Assembly: GCA_963718295.1 (NCBI GenBank) | Contig: CAVQYV010000005.1 | Location: forward strand, 25,933 to 89,932 | Direction of reading: 5' to 3' | Source: an uncultured Methylomirabilota bacterium | GTDB taxonomy: Bacteria > Methylomirabilota > Methylomirabilia > CAVQYV01 | DNA length: 64,000 nucleotides | Part shown: piece by piece, positions 20,740 to 30,854 of the stretch | How the letters are laid out: each line of letters starts with the position of its first letter | Numbering within the stretch: the stretch's first letter is position 1 | Made by a program: the position numbers and the translations under genes | The notes under the pieces: model-generated | Databases searched by the model: none | The model's input: only the letters and a program-made list of their open reading frames with translations | What the model was told of the DNA's origin: nothing

Positions 20740-21588
20740 ATGAGAACTCACCAATGGAGATTTATTCTCCTCGCGGTTCTTTCGTTGTTGCTGGTCTTCT
20801 CTCTTCCGGCCTTTGCCCAGGAGAGATTAAAGCTCGCGACCACGACCAGCACGGAAAATACCGGGTTACTAAAGGCCCTGCTTCCCCCATTTGAAGAGAA
20901 GAATCATTGTAAGGTGGATGTAATCGCCGTGGGATCTGGGCAATCCATCAAGCTGGGCGAACAGGGAGACGTGGATGTCGTCCTGGCTCATGCCCCGGAT
21001 CTGGAAGAGAAATTCATGAAGGACGGCTTCGGGGTGAATCGCCGCTATGTCATGTATAATGACTTCATCATTGTCGGTCCCCCGGAGGATCCGGCGCAGA
21101 TCAAAGGCCTGAAAGAGGCCAAGGTGGCCTTCAAGAGGATCGCCGACACCCAGTCTTCCTTCATCTCCCGGGGAGACAAATCGGGGACCCATGTCAAGGA
21201 GCTCGCGATTTGGAAGGCCGCAGGGATCAAGGTGGAAGGCATGAAGGGGAAATGGTATCTGGAGGCGGGCAAGGGAATGGGAGAGGTCTTGAATATGGCC
21301 CATGAGAAAAAGGCCTATACCCTTGCCGATCGAGGGACCTACCTCGCCTATCAGGATAAGACCAGCTCGGTCATCCTATGTGAGGGAGACCCGATGCTCT
21401 TCAATCCCTATCACATCATGGCGGTGAACCCGGCCAAGTTCCCCCATGTGAAATTTGAATTGGCCACCAAGCTGGTCGAATGGGTCACCTCCCCCGCGGG
21501 ACAGAAGATCATTCGAGAGTTCAAGGACAAGAAGGGAAATCCTCTATTCGTCCCCACCGCCGAGGTTAAAGGGACAGGCACCCATTGA
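20740..21588 (+). CDS. tupA: Tungstate ABC transporter substrate-binding protein TupA (copy 2, intact).
   Basis: AGGAG RBS 6 nt upstream. Signal peptide. TupA-like motifs TTTSTENTGLL, IAVGSGQSIKLGEQGDVDVVLAH, YNDFIIVGP. Confidence 0.8.
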   Translation: MRTHQWRFILLAVLSLLLVFSLPAFAQERLKLATTTSTENTGLLKALLPPFEEKNHCKVDVIAVGSGQSIKLGEQGDVDVVLAHAPDLEEKFMKDGFGVNRRYVMYNDFIIVGPPEDPAQIKGLKEAKVAFKRIADTQSSFISRGDKSGTHVKELAIWKAAGIKVEGMKGKWYLEAGKGMGEVLNMAHEKKAYTLADRGTYLAYQDKTSSVILCEGDPMLFNPYHIMAVNPAKFPHVKFELATKLVEWVTSPAGQKIIREFKDKKGNPLFVPTAEVKGTGTH

Positions 21589-22043
21589 TCGCATAGTGCC
21601 CCCCAATCCCCTGGCTGGTGGGCGAGGTCAAGGGGCGCGGCACAAGTAGACCCTCTATCGCCTCGGGAGAAGCCCCGTCCCGGGGCAGGGGGCTTAATTG
21701 TCAAGGTAGTTCAGCCCTGCCCTTCACCTCCGAGGGCGGGCCGCCTTTCCGCCTGTACTCTATTCTGCCTTGAAGGATCACCCCGAGTATCGGCTGGTAT
21801 TCGGGGTGATCCCCTATCCTCCCGACACCTCTATTAATAGGATCTTTATGTTCATTATGTTTATGTCCATTCTCTATGCTCTCTCATTCACCTCGTCAGA
21901 GCCCAAGCAGTTGCCCGCCCCACGAAAAGGACTTCCTTGGGAAGAGATTATGATGTAATATGCAAGGAAGAGTATATCCGCTGCTTAGTGCCATATCTCA
22001 AATGGCGTAACATCCATTTCTGCCTCCCGCGGAGAATCAGAGC

Positions 22044-22772
22044 ATGCAATTCTACATCGGCTTTGATGACACAGATACCGTCGATTCCGACCGTGGTACG
22101 GGAAAATTGGCTCGCTGGTTTGAGGGCCAACTGCCTCAGGCCTGCCGCATGTGGGGTGTCGTTCGCCAACAACTCTTGATGGATGATTCCATTCCCTACA
22201 CCTCTCACAATAGCTCGGCCTGTGTCGTCGTGGAAGCCCCCAACATGGACATCATGAATGAGTTGCTTGCCAGGGCGATCGATCATATTGAGCGGCATTC
22301 CTTGCCGGGGAGCGATCCGGGGTTGTGCTTGAGCCATGAAGGCCATCCCTCATTGTCTGAATTGATCCACTTTGGACGAGCGTGCGCCACCAGGGTGGTT
22401 ACCCAAAAAGATGCCCTTCGAGCCGCTAACGGGGTTCATCTCTCGGGCCATGGGGGTACCAATGACGGCATCATAGGGGCTGCTGCGGCCGTCGGTCTAA
22501 CGGCCTACGGATGGGGTGGCAGATTCATTGAGTTCGGAAAATTGCGGGGTTTTCCTGAGCAGGTCTATGTATCAGATCTGGAAGGGGCGGGGATCGCGGT
22601 GGTCTCCATGGATCGGGACGCCCGAGTTCCGGGTCCGGAGGATGTGGTCAAGACCAATGGCTGGCTGCGCCCCCGGCTTTGGGGAGGGAGCCCGGGATTG
22701 CCGGTGACATCCAGAGGTGAAAACCTTTGGGAGACCTTGGGAGAGAAGAAAAGGAAGGAAAAGGAAACATAG
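22044..22772 (+). CDS. Conserved hypothetical protein, 242 aa (N-terminal IGFDDTD motif and a Gly-rich GHGGTNDGIIGAAAAVG segment). Family not recognized.
   Basis: Long ORF in operon position between tupA and the MoSto-like gene. No identifiable domain from the sequence alone. Confidence 0.5.
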   Translation: MQFYIGFDDTDTVDSDRGTGKLARWFEGQLPQACRMWGVVRQQLLMDDSIPYTSHNSSACVVVEAPNMDIMNELLARAIDHIERHSLPGSDPGLCLSHEGHPSLSELIHFGRACATRVVTQKDALRAANGVHLSGHGGTNDGIIGAAAAVGLTAYGWGGRFIEFGKLRGFPEQVYVSDLEGAGIAVVSMDRDARVPGPEDVVKTNGWLRPRLWGGSPGLPVTSRGENLWETLGEKKRKEKET

Positions 22773-22783
22773 GAGGAATTGAA

Positions 22784-23011
22784 ATGGCTGGGAAGATCTT
22801 TTATCGAGAGAGAGGAAAGGTGGGCGAGGGGGAGAAGAAGCCGCGGTTCAAGTTAGTGGCCGTGGCAGATGTCAATCTAAAGGTCTATGGAAAGCACCTT
22901 CGCAGAAGCGAGCTCGAGCAGATCGCAAAGGGTGTCGGCGCTGATTTGATACTGCTCTCTGGCGGCGAAGGGAAATACGAAAAAGAGGAAGAGGTGGAGG
23001 TCGCGGACTGA
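22784..23011 (+). CDS. Small hypothetical protein, 75 aa.
   Basis: Strong AGGAGG RBS 4 nt upstream of the ATG. Sequence MAGKIFYRERGKVGEGEKKPRFKLVAVADVNLKVYGKHL. Family not recognized. Confidence 0.4.
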   Translation: MAGKIFYRERGKVGEGEKKPRFKLVAVADVNLKVYGKHLRRSELEQIAKGVGADLILLSGGEGKYEKEEEVEVAD

Positions 23012-23080
23012 GGTCAAGCAGCCTCTTGCGGCTGTTGGCCCTTCCTTACAACCCGTGAGATCCGAATAGGAGTCCATTCG

Positions 23081-23911
23081 ATGGCTTTAGTGCGCGAACG
23101 CGACGGGCGCCGCCTGCATGTCAAAAGCAAGTTGATGGGAGAGAGTCTGGTCAGCAAATCATTCGTTGAGGGGTTAGAAATAGCCCCTCAACAGCGTCTT
23201 TTCCCGGATGTGAATATCCTCAAGGTAGGAGGGCAATCCATTTGTGACCGCGGGGTGAAGGCGGTCCCCGATGTGATTCAAGAGATCGTTGCCAATAAAG
23301 GGGAGCACAAGATGCTGGTGACCACCGGGGGTGGGACGCGGAGCCGCCACATCTATTCCATCGGGCTGGAGCTGGGCATGCCCACCGGGATCATTGCCAA
23401 ATTTGGAAGTTCGGTCTCGGAACAGAACGCCCTCCTCATCAGCACGCTCCTCTCCCCCTGGGGAGGAATCAAGATCGGCCACGACGAGATCGTCAAGCTC
23501 CCCACTTACTTTGCCCAGGGCTGTATTCCGGTCACCCACGGCATGCCTCCCTACGACTTTTTTGCCATTCCGCCCGAAAAGGGACGGATCCCCGTCCATC
23601 GAACCGATGTGGGCACATTGCTCTTGGCCGATCTGATCGGTGCCAGAAGCTGCATCTTCATAAAGGACGAGAAGGGACTTTACACGGACGATCCCAAAAA
23701 GAACCCCAAAGTGGAATTCATCGCTGAGATTGGGGCCAAGGAGCTTCTGCGCAGAGGTCTGGACGATCTGATCATCGAACGGCCCTGCCTGGAGATCCTT
23801 CAGAATAGCCAGGTAATCACCCGGATTTACATCATCAACGGTCTCGAGAAAGGGAATATCACCCGAGCCCTCCAGGGCGAAAATGTAGGGACCATCATTT
23901 ACAAAGAATAG
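23081..23911 (+). CDS. Amino-acid-kinase-family protein resembling the molybdenum/tungsten storage protein subunits MosA/MosB (UMP-kinase fold).
   Basis: Motifs LKVGGQSICDRG, VTTGGGTRSRHIYSIG, GSSVSEQNA, and C-terminal NGLEKGNITRALQGENVGTII. It is ~276 aa, the same size as MoSto subunits. AGGAG RBS. It is embedded between tupA and tupBC. Confidence 0.65.
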   Translation: MALVRERDGRRLHVKSKLMGESLVSKSFVEGLEIAPQQRLFPDVNILKVGGQSICDRGVKAVPDVIQEIVANKGEHKMLVTTGGGTRSRHIYSIGLELGMPTGIIAKFGSSVSEQNALLISTLLSPWGGIKIGHDEIVKLPTYFAQGCIPVTHGMPPYDFFAIPPEKGRIPVHRTDVGTLLLADLIGARSCIFIKDEKGLYTDDPKKNPKVEFIAEIGAKELLRRGLDDLIIERPCLEILQNSQVITRIYIINGLEKGNITRALQGENVGTIIYKE

Positions 23912-24092
23912 TGGGCGACCCGAACCATTTCCTCTAAAGGCCTTGGGTCCATGAGGAATGGTCGATAGGGTATTGTGGGAAACGACAATGCCTCCCGTGT
24001 TTGGAAAGGGTGAAGACGTGCTGAGTAGAATGCCAGTGCCTGATCCAACGAGGCCACTGGCATTTGTTTCTTGCCCCAACTGAGGAATACAG

Positions 24093-24782
24093 GTGGACTT
24101 CATCATAGAGGCTATCGTTACGTCGTTTCGACTCATCATCACCTTGAATCCTGAGGTGTTTGAGGTGGTCTACTTTACTCTCAAAGTATCCTTCTGGGGG
24201 ACCCTGCTCTCGACGCTCTTCGGGGTTCCCATCGGGTTCCTCATAGGGATCAGGGAATTCCCGGGGAAAGGGATGGTGCGCACCATCCTCAACACCCTCA
24301 TGGCGCTTCCCACTGTGGTGGTAGGCCTCACGGTATATGCTTTCATCTCCCGACAGGGGCCGTTGGGACAATGGGGGCTTCTCTTCAGCCCCAAGGCGGT
24401 CATCATTGGCCAGTGGGTGTTGGCTGCTCCATTGATTACCGCCCTGACTCTATCCGCCACCCAGTCCGTTGATCCGCGGGTTGCCCTTTCAGCCCAGACC
24501 CTGGGGGCCAGCCGCAGTCAAGAGGCAATCGCGGTCCTCAAAGAAGCCAAGTTTGCCCTTATGGCTGCCATAACGGCGGGATTCGGCCGAGTCATTGCGG
24601 AAGTGGGGGCTGCGATGATGTTGGGCGGCAACATCCGCGGTTATACCCGAACCATGACCACGGCCATCGCCCTGGAATCCAGCAAGGGGGAATTTGGCTT
24701 TGGTTTGGCCTTGGGCCTTATCCTGATGGCTCTGGCCTTAGCCATCAACTTCTTCTTCACCTATCTTCAGGGGAGGAAGTGA
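24093..24782 (+). CDS. tupB: Tungstate ABC transporter permease TupB.
   Basis: GTG start with a GAGGAA RBS. Multiple TM helices and the ABC permease EAA-like region (AIALESSKGEFGFGLALG). Confidence 0.8.
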   Translation: MDFIIEAIVTSFRLIITLNPEVFEVVYFTLKVSFWGTLLSTLFGVPIGFLIGIREFPGKGMVRTILNTLMALPTVVVGLTVYAFISRQGPLGQWGLLFSPKAVIIGQWVLAAPLITALTLSATQSVDPRVALSAQTLGASRSQEAIAVLKEAKFALMAAITAGFGRVIAEVGAAMMLGGNIRGYTRTMTTAIALESSKGEFGFGLALGLILMALALAINFFFTYLQGRK

Positions 24783-25799
24783 ATGGTCTCGAATTCTTCC
24801 GGCGGTTTTGAACTTGAAGTCCACCAAATCAAGCACCTCTATAATGATAGAGCCGCACTGGATATCGCTGAGCTTTCCTTCCAGAAGGGAAAGATCTATG
24901 GTTTAGCGGGATCCAATGGGGCAGGCAAGAGCACCCTGATGCTCATTCTCAGCCTCCTTCTCAAGCCAAGCTCGGGCCGTGTCCTTTTCCGGGGGGTGGA
25001 GGTCACCGATGGAAATCGGAGGGATCTGAGGGGGCGGATCAGTATGCTTCTCCAGGATCCCCTCCTCTTCCGCAATACGGTCGCCAGGAACGTGGAGTAC
25101 GGCCTGAGGATTCGGCATATCGCGAGAACGGAGAGGAAGAAAAGGGTCATGAAGAGTTTGGAAATGTTGGGGTTGGAAGATTTCGCCGACCGAAAGGCGA
25201 GGGAGCTCTCTGGAGGGGAGGCCCAGAGGGTCGCCATCGCCCGCGCCCTGGCGATCCAACCGGAAATCCTTCTTCTCGACGAGCTTACCGCCAATGTGGA
25301 TGAGGGCAATGTCAAGATTGTGGAGGAGATCGTCCGATCCTTGAGTAGGGAATCGGGCGCCACCGTGATCTTTTCGACCCATGACAAAGATCAGGCCCAC
25401 CGACTGGCCGATGAGACGATCATCCTCTTGGAAGGAAGGATCACTCCCTTTTCCCCGGAGAACATCTTCAAAGGGAAGACTATCCGGGATGGAGAAGGGA
25501 CCTGGTTCGACACGGGCAGGATCAGGGTCTTCCTGCCCAATGGAGAAGAGGCCAGGGCCATCTCTATAAGCCCCGAGGAAATCGTGGTTTCTCTGTCCCC
25601 GTTCAACTCCAGTGCCCAAAACCGGGTGGAAGGCACAATTGAGAGTATGGTCGTCGACGGGGACGGCGTGAGGCTCTTGATAAATGCCCCGGAGCAGTTC
25701 CACGTGCTCATCACCAAGAAATCCTTGTGCGAGTTGAACCTCAATGTGGGGATGCGGGTTTATCTCACCTTCAAGAGCACCGCAGTAAAGGTATTCTGA
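24783..25799 (+). CDS. tupC: Tungstate ABC transporter ATP-binding protein TupC with a C-terminal TOBE/Mop molybdate-binding domain.
   Basis: Walker A GSNGAGKST. Signature LSGGEAQRV. Walker B LLLDE. The C-terminal ~110 aa have a TOBE-like fold (RVEGTIESMVVDGDGVRLLI...). The start overlaps the tupB stop. Confidence 0.85.
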   Translation: MVSNSSGGFELEVHQIKHLYNDRAALDIAELSFQKGKIYGLAGSNGAGKSTLMLILSLLLKPSSGRVLFRGVEVTDGNRRDLRGRISMLLQDPLLFRNTVARNVEYGLRIRHIARTERKKRVMKSLEMLGLEDFADRKARELSGGEAQRVAIARALAIQPEILLLDELTANVDEGNVKIVEEIVRSLSRESGATVIFSTHDKDQAHRLADETIILLEGRITPFSPENIFKGKTIRDGEGTWFDTGRIRVFLPNGEEARAISISPEEIVVSLSPFNSSAQNRVEGTIESMVVDGDGVRLLINAPEQFHVLITKKSLCELNLNVGMRVYLTFKSTAVKVF

Positions 25800-25929
25800 A
25801 AGCGCTCCAGACTCTCCCCAGCTGCCTTTCCTTATCCTCTTTTCCATCATCTTCTCCTCAACTTTTCCTTGACAAGCCAAAGCCAACGATTGTAATTACC
25901 TCAGAGCGACGCTTTTTCAGGAGGGAATT

Positions 25930-26844
25930 GTGCCCGACTTTAAGATTCATCCTCTGGATTTGCATTTCAATTACTGGCCGGAATCCATCGCCTCCTTTCT
26001 GGTGATCGGGCCGGAAGGCCCGGTGCTCGTGGAAACGGGCCCTGGCTCGACCCTCCCAACGCTCTTGGCCGATCTGGCCCGGCATCATGTGTCGCCCAGT
26101 GATGTGCGCCATGTCCTGGTGACCCATATCCATCTCGATCACGCGGGTGCGTCTGGCTGGTGGGCACAGCAGGGCGCCACCGTTCATGTCCATCGCTTCG
26201 GCGCGCAACACCTGATCGATCCCTCCAAGCTTCTTTCCAGCGCCCAACGCATCTATGGAGATATGACGGACCGCCTGTGGGGAGGGATCATCCCGGTTCC
26301 CCCTGATCGCGTTCACCCCCTGCAGGATGGCGATCCGATTCAAGCCGGCGGCCTGACCTTCGTGGCCCTTGACACCCCGGGCCATGCGCGCCACCACATG
26401 ACCTATGGCCTCGGTGATGTGGCCTTTACCGGCGATATGGCTGGGGTCCGTCTTCCTGGACGGGCACATATCCAGGTGCCGACCGTCCCTCCCGAATTTG
26501 ATCTGGAGGACTGGAAGGCGAGCCTGGAGCGGGTGCGAGCTTGGGGTTTCGCCCGGATCTATCTCACCCATTTTGGCCCGGTGGACGAGGTGGAAGTTCA
26601 CCTTACGACCACGGCTGCATTGCTCGCCGAATACGCCGAACGGGTTCGACAGGAGATGGTTCGGGGAGCTACCCGGGGAGAGATCATCCAGCAGGTTGTG
26701 GAATGGGAAGCGGACAACCAGAACCGAGAGGGCTCTTGCGCCCAAGGAGAAGCGACCCAAACCGGCTTCGGCTCGATCAGCACCTACGTGGACGGGATCA
26801 TGCGGTACTGGAACAAGCGCCTTGAACTGCCACCTGGCAGGTAA
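25930..26844 (+). CDS. MBL-fold metallo-hydrolase.
   Basis: THIHLDHAG motif. GTG start with an AGGAGGG RBS. Confidence 0.75.
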   Translation: MPDFKIHPLDLHFNYWPESIASFLVIGPEGPVLVETGPGSTLPTLLADLARHHVSPSDVRHVLVTHIHLDHAGASGWWAQQGATVHVHRFGAQHLIDPSKLLSSAQRIYGDMTDRLWGGIIPVPPDRVHPLQDGDPIQAGGLTFVALDTPGHARHHMTYGLGDVAFTGDMAGVRLPGRAHIQVPTVPPEFDLEDWKASLERVRAWGFARIYLTHFGPVDEVEVHLTTTAALLAEYAERVRQEMVRGATRGEIIQQVVEWEADNQNREGSCAQGEATQTGFGSISTYVDGIMRYWNKRLELPPGR

Positions 26845-26873
26845 CGGGACCACCCGAAATGGAATGATGACCT

Positions 26874-28164
26874 ATGGCTATCGTCCGCCCCTTTAGGGGC
26901 CTTCGCTTTAACCCAAAGAAGATTGCCGATCTCGCCTCGGTCATGTCTTTGCCCTATGACGTCCTGACCGATAGAGATCGGGAGGAGCTCTATCAGGCCC
27001 ACCCCTGCAATATCATCCGCATCATCTGGGGAAAGGATCTCCCGGGAGATGGACCCCAGGAGAACAAGTATCTCCGGGCGGGCCGCCTCCTCAAGGAATG
27101 GGAGGCAGAAGAGATCCTGATCCAGGAGGTGCGCGAATCCTTCTATCTCTACGCCCAGGACTTCCCGATGGAAAAAGAGATGAAATCGCGCCAAGGGATC
27201 ATCGCCCGGGTCAAACTGGGAAACAGAGACTCGGATGCCATTCTGGGGCACGAGAATACCTTTCTGGAACAACGGACCGACCGCCTCGATCTGATCCGTG
27301 CTACCGCGGCGAATCTCGACCCCATTTTCGCCCTGTATGAGGGGAAAGGCACCAGCCTGGAGGCGGGCATGAAGGAAGAAACAGGGCGATCTCCGCTCCT
27401 CGATATTCGAGATCGATGGGGCGTGCGGCAGCGCCTCTGGGCCATCCAGGACACGGACCAACACCGCCTCATCATGCAGGAGATGGCACAACGGCGATTA
27501 TTCATTGCAGACGGGCATCACCGCTTTGACGCGGCCCTCCAATATCGCCGGGAGAGGATGGCGGGAGACAAGGGAGGGCCCAAGATAGACCCCGGATATC
27601 ACTATACCCTGATGACCCTGGTCGCCATGGAGGATCCTGGTCTGATCGTCCTGCCCTACCACCGACTCCTCCGTGAAGTCCGGGGCTGGGATCTCCAGAA
27701 ATTCCTGCCCCAGGCGCGAGGCGTTTTTTCCGTAGACGGAAGTGGCACTTCCCTCCCAAGGAGAGGAAAGGGAAGCCTTTGTGCGCCAGCAACTGGAAAA
27801 GGAGGATCATCCGGCGCATCGTTTCGCCCTGTATGCGGGTGGAGATTCTCTATTTCTCCTCACCCGGACCCGCTCGGAAGCCTCTCCCCAGTTGGACGTG
27901 GCCATTTTGGAAGAGGTGATCCTGCAAGGACTCTTAGGGCTTCAGGGTCCCGATAAAGAAGGGAAAATCAATTACACTCACGATATGAAGGAGGCGTTGG
28001 GCCAGGTGGAGGGAGGAGCCGCTGATCTGGCCTTTCTTCTCCGGCCCACCTCGCTGGAGGAGATCCAGTACGTCTCCTTGGCGGGAGAGAAAATGCCCCA
28101 GAAATCGACCTACTTTTATCCCAAGCTCCTCTCCGGGCTGGTGATCAACCCCTTGGATCCCTGA
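26874..28164 (+). pseudogene. DUF1015-family protein, frameshifted near 27730-27770 (T6 and C-run region).
   Basis: The N-terminal ORF 26874-27956 contains the DUF1015 hallmark IADGHHRFDAA. The ORF 27742-28164 supplies the conserved C-terminus KSTYFYPKLLSGLV in another frame. Confidence 0.6.
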
Positions 28165-28192
28165 GCCAGAAGGAGGGAGGAAAGGAGGAATT

Positions 28193-29233
28193 ATGAACAG
28201 GCGTGAATTCTTGAAGAGTGCTGCCGTGGCCACCTTGATGATGGGTGCAGGCCCTGAGGCCTGGACGAAGTTGGCCCAGGCAAACGAATCACGGAAGGAA
28301 ATCGTCAGCAGAAGCCGGGTGGTGGTGTCCCATCATCCGGAGGCCACCGATTCCGAGGGAAGGATAGACAGGAACACCTTGAGCAGCCTGTTGGGGGAGG
28401 CGGTGAAGGGTTACACGGAGAAGGATGATTTGCGGGATGCCTGGGCTTCCCTGCTGCAGCCCTTCAGCCCTTCGGATATCTTCGGCATCCGGGTCAACTG
28501 TATCGCCGCCAAATGCCCCACGCGTCCGGAAGTGGTCGAGGCCATCGTGGAAGGCCTCAGTCTGATTGGAATCCCCAAAGAGCAGATCATCGTGTGGGAC
28601 CGCACCGGCTGGGAGATGACCAAGGCCGGGTATACCCTGAACCAGGGCGACAAGGGCGTCCAGTATTATGGTCTGGACGCGGAAGGCGTAGGCTTCGATG
28701 AGGGAGCTACGGTTGAGATTCCCAGCGCGGGATTGATTCTGCCCCTGGGAAGGCTCCTTTCCACCATCTGTGATCATATCATCAATGTCCCGGTCATCAA
28801 GGACCATTCCACTTCCGGATCCACCTTCGCCCTGAAGAGCGCCTATGCCTATCTCCCGCTCTACAAAGCGATTCCGAGGAATGACCAATGGGTCAAGGCG
28901 ATGCATTCCCATCGTTGTGATCCTCAGATTGCGGAGTTGAACCTTTGTCCTACCATCCGAAAAAAGAATCGGGTGGTGATCGGCGACGCCCTGTTGGGGG
29001 TTTATGACAAGGGACCCATTGCCCCGGCCAATTGGAGGTCCAACCGCCTGATCATTGGAAAGGATATGGTGGCGACGGACGCCGTTGCATTGGATATTTT
29101 GGATGGAAAAAGGGCTGAGCAGGGCCTGCCTTCCGTCAGGGAAAAGGCCAGCCACATCCATACGGCAGCAAGCTACGGGCTGGGCCAGGATGATCCAGCC
29201 CAGATCGATAAGGTGGAGCTGAACCTGGGTTAG
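28193..29233 (+). CDS. Tat-exported DUF362-domain protein.
   Basis: Twin-arginine signal MNRREFLKSAAVATLMMGAG. DUF362-like core (VKDHSTSGSTFALKS, DAVALD). Confidence 0.7.
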   Translation: MNRREFLKSAAVATLMMGAGPEAWTKLAQANESRKEIVSRSRVVVSHHPEATDSEGRIDRNTLSSLLGEAVKGYTEKDDLRDAWASLLQPFSPSDIFGIRVNCIAAKCPTRPEVVEAIVEGLSLIGIPKEQIIVWDRTGWEMTKAGYTLNQGDKGVQYYGLDAEGVGFDEGATVEIPSAGLILPLGRLLSTICDHIINVPVIKDHSTSGSTFALKSAYAYLPLYKAIPRNDQWVKAMHSHRCDPQIAELNLCPTIRKKNRVVIGDALLGVYDKGPIAPANWRSNRLIIGKDMVATDAVALDILDGKRAEQGLPSVREKASHIHTAASYGLGQDDPAQIDKVELNLG

Positions 29234-29325
29234 AGGGTGGGTCCTTGGGCGCCATGGGGATCGCACAATTTGACGCATGAAATGACGGCACGAAATAGCA
29301 ACCAGGGAAGGGAGAGGTAGCAAGT

Positions 29326-30236
29326 ATGGAAAGAAGGGATTTCTTGAAGCTGTTGCTTGGCACCGGAGGAGGATTGCTGCTCCCGCCCATAGACTCCCTA
29401 TGGAGCGGGGAGCAGGTGGGTGCGCAGCCGGACCTGCCGGCTCTGGCGGTGGCCACGGGATCCATCCCCTCCCGAACGACGGTGGCCGCGATCCAGGCAT
29501 TGGGAGGGATGAAGCGATTCATCAAGACCGGTGATGTGGTGGTCGTCAAGCCCAACATCGGATGGGATCGCACCCCGGAGCAGGCTGCAGACACGAATCC
29601 GGAGGTCGTCGCCACGATTGTGGCTTTGTGTTTGGAGGCAGGAGCCAAACAGGTGAAGGTTTTTGACAACTCGGTGAATGATCCGCGGCGAACCTACACC
29701 CGCTCCGGCATCGCGGAGGCAGCCAGAAAAGCGGGAGCTTCAGTCCTATATGTGGATCACAGCAAGTTCAAGGACATGAAGATCCCGGGGGGAGAGGCCT
29801 TGAAGAGCTGGCCCATCTATACCGAGGTAATGGAGGCAGACAAGCTCATCAATGTCCCCATTGGCAAGCAGCACGGTCTCTCCAAACTGACCCTGGGCCT
29901 GAAGAACTGGATGGGTGCCATCGGGGGACGCCGCTCCCTCCTCCACCAGCAGATCGATCTGGCCTTGGCGGATTTAGCCACGGTCATCAAACCCCATCTG
30001 GTCGTCCTGGATGCCATCCGCATCCTGGTGGCCAACGGCCCCCAGGGGGAAGCCCCAAGGATGTTCGCAATACCAATACCATTGTGGCGGGAACGGATCA
30101 GGTGGCCGTCGACTCTTACGGGGCCACGCTTTTCGGCTTGAAGGGCAGCGATCTCGGCTACCTCCGAGAGGCCCAGTCCCGAGGCCTGGGACAACTGGAT
30201 TATAGGCGGCTGTCGATGAAGACCGTGAGCGCCTGA
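29326..30236 (+). pseudogene. Tat-exported DUF362-domain protein (second paralog) with a 1-nt deletion in a G-run near 30055.
   Basis: Twin-arginine signal MERRDFLKLLLGTGGG. After ANGPQG the conserved C-terminus (SPKDVRNTNTIVAGTDQVAVDSYGATLFGLKGSDLGYLREAQSRGLG) continues in the -1 frame to a stop at 30234-30236. Confidence 0.6.
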
Positions 30237-30245
30237 GGACAAGCA

Positions 30246-30854
30246 ATGCAGGCCAGGAGGTCTTCCCTGTTCCTTCTTTCTGCGCTCTCTGCGCTTGGGC
30301 TTATCGCCATGGCTCCGGTGGTCGCAATGGTTACCCCTTTCCCCGCCTATGCCAACCAGATCGAGCCCTCGATCGCCGATTCTCTCCTCTCTGCAACTCC
30401 CAAGGACGGAGAAATGCCGGGCTGGGCTCGCGACGGGGCCCCGGCCCTCTGTTTCGATGAGTCCTCCCTATCCGAATATATCGACGGGGCGGCCCCCTAC
30501 TATCTGGAGCGAGGGGCGGTAGCGGTCCTATTCCAGTATTATGTGGGCCCAACGGCAGGAGAGGACGTAAGGATTGAGATCTATCGGATGAGGGATGATA
30601 CCTCGGCTCGCGGGCTTTTTGGGGACATCGTGAAGGACAGGCCCGCCTCGGAGCAAGACGAGACCAGGGAAATCGGCCAGGGTCGGCATCTGGATCAGGC
30701 TTTATTGGGCGTCTACCTCCTCGAATTCCATGAGGGTCCTTTCTTCGTTCGAGTGGACGGAAAGGGAGAGGGCCTCCAGGCGAAGAGGGCCGTGATCGAA
30801 TTCGGCGGTCGAATCTCCCGCGCCCTCAGAGCCAAAGGGCCGGCCGGCCGATGA
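30246..30854 (+). CDS. Secreted hypothetical protein (signal peptide) in the DUF362 / polyferredoxin operon.
   Basis: Signal peptide MQARRSSLFLLSALSALGLIAMAPVVA. Its stop overlaps the next start (ATGA). Confidence 0.5.
   Translation: MQARRSSLFLLSALSALGLIAMAPVVAMVTPFPAYANQIEPSIADSLLSATPKDGEMPGWARDGAPALCFDESSLSEYIDGAAPYYLERGAVAVLFQYYVGPTAGEDVRIEIYRMRDDTSARGLFGDIVKDRPASEQDETREIGQGRHLDQALLGVYLLEFHEGPFFVRVDGKGEGLQAKRAVIEFGGRISRALRAKGPAGR

Noticed and set aside
24903-26853. Long minus-strand ORFs (24903-25886, 25858-26853, 26784-27491) opposite tupC, MBL and DUF1015
   Set aside because: Typical antisense shadow ORFs in high-GC DNA. They are low-complexity and Arg/Pro/Gly-rich with no domain signal, and they fully overlap well-supported genes on the other strand.
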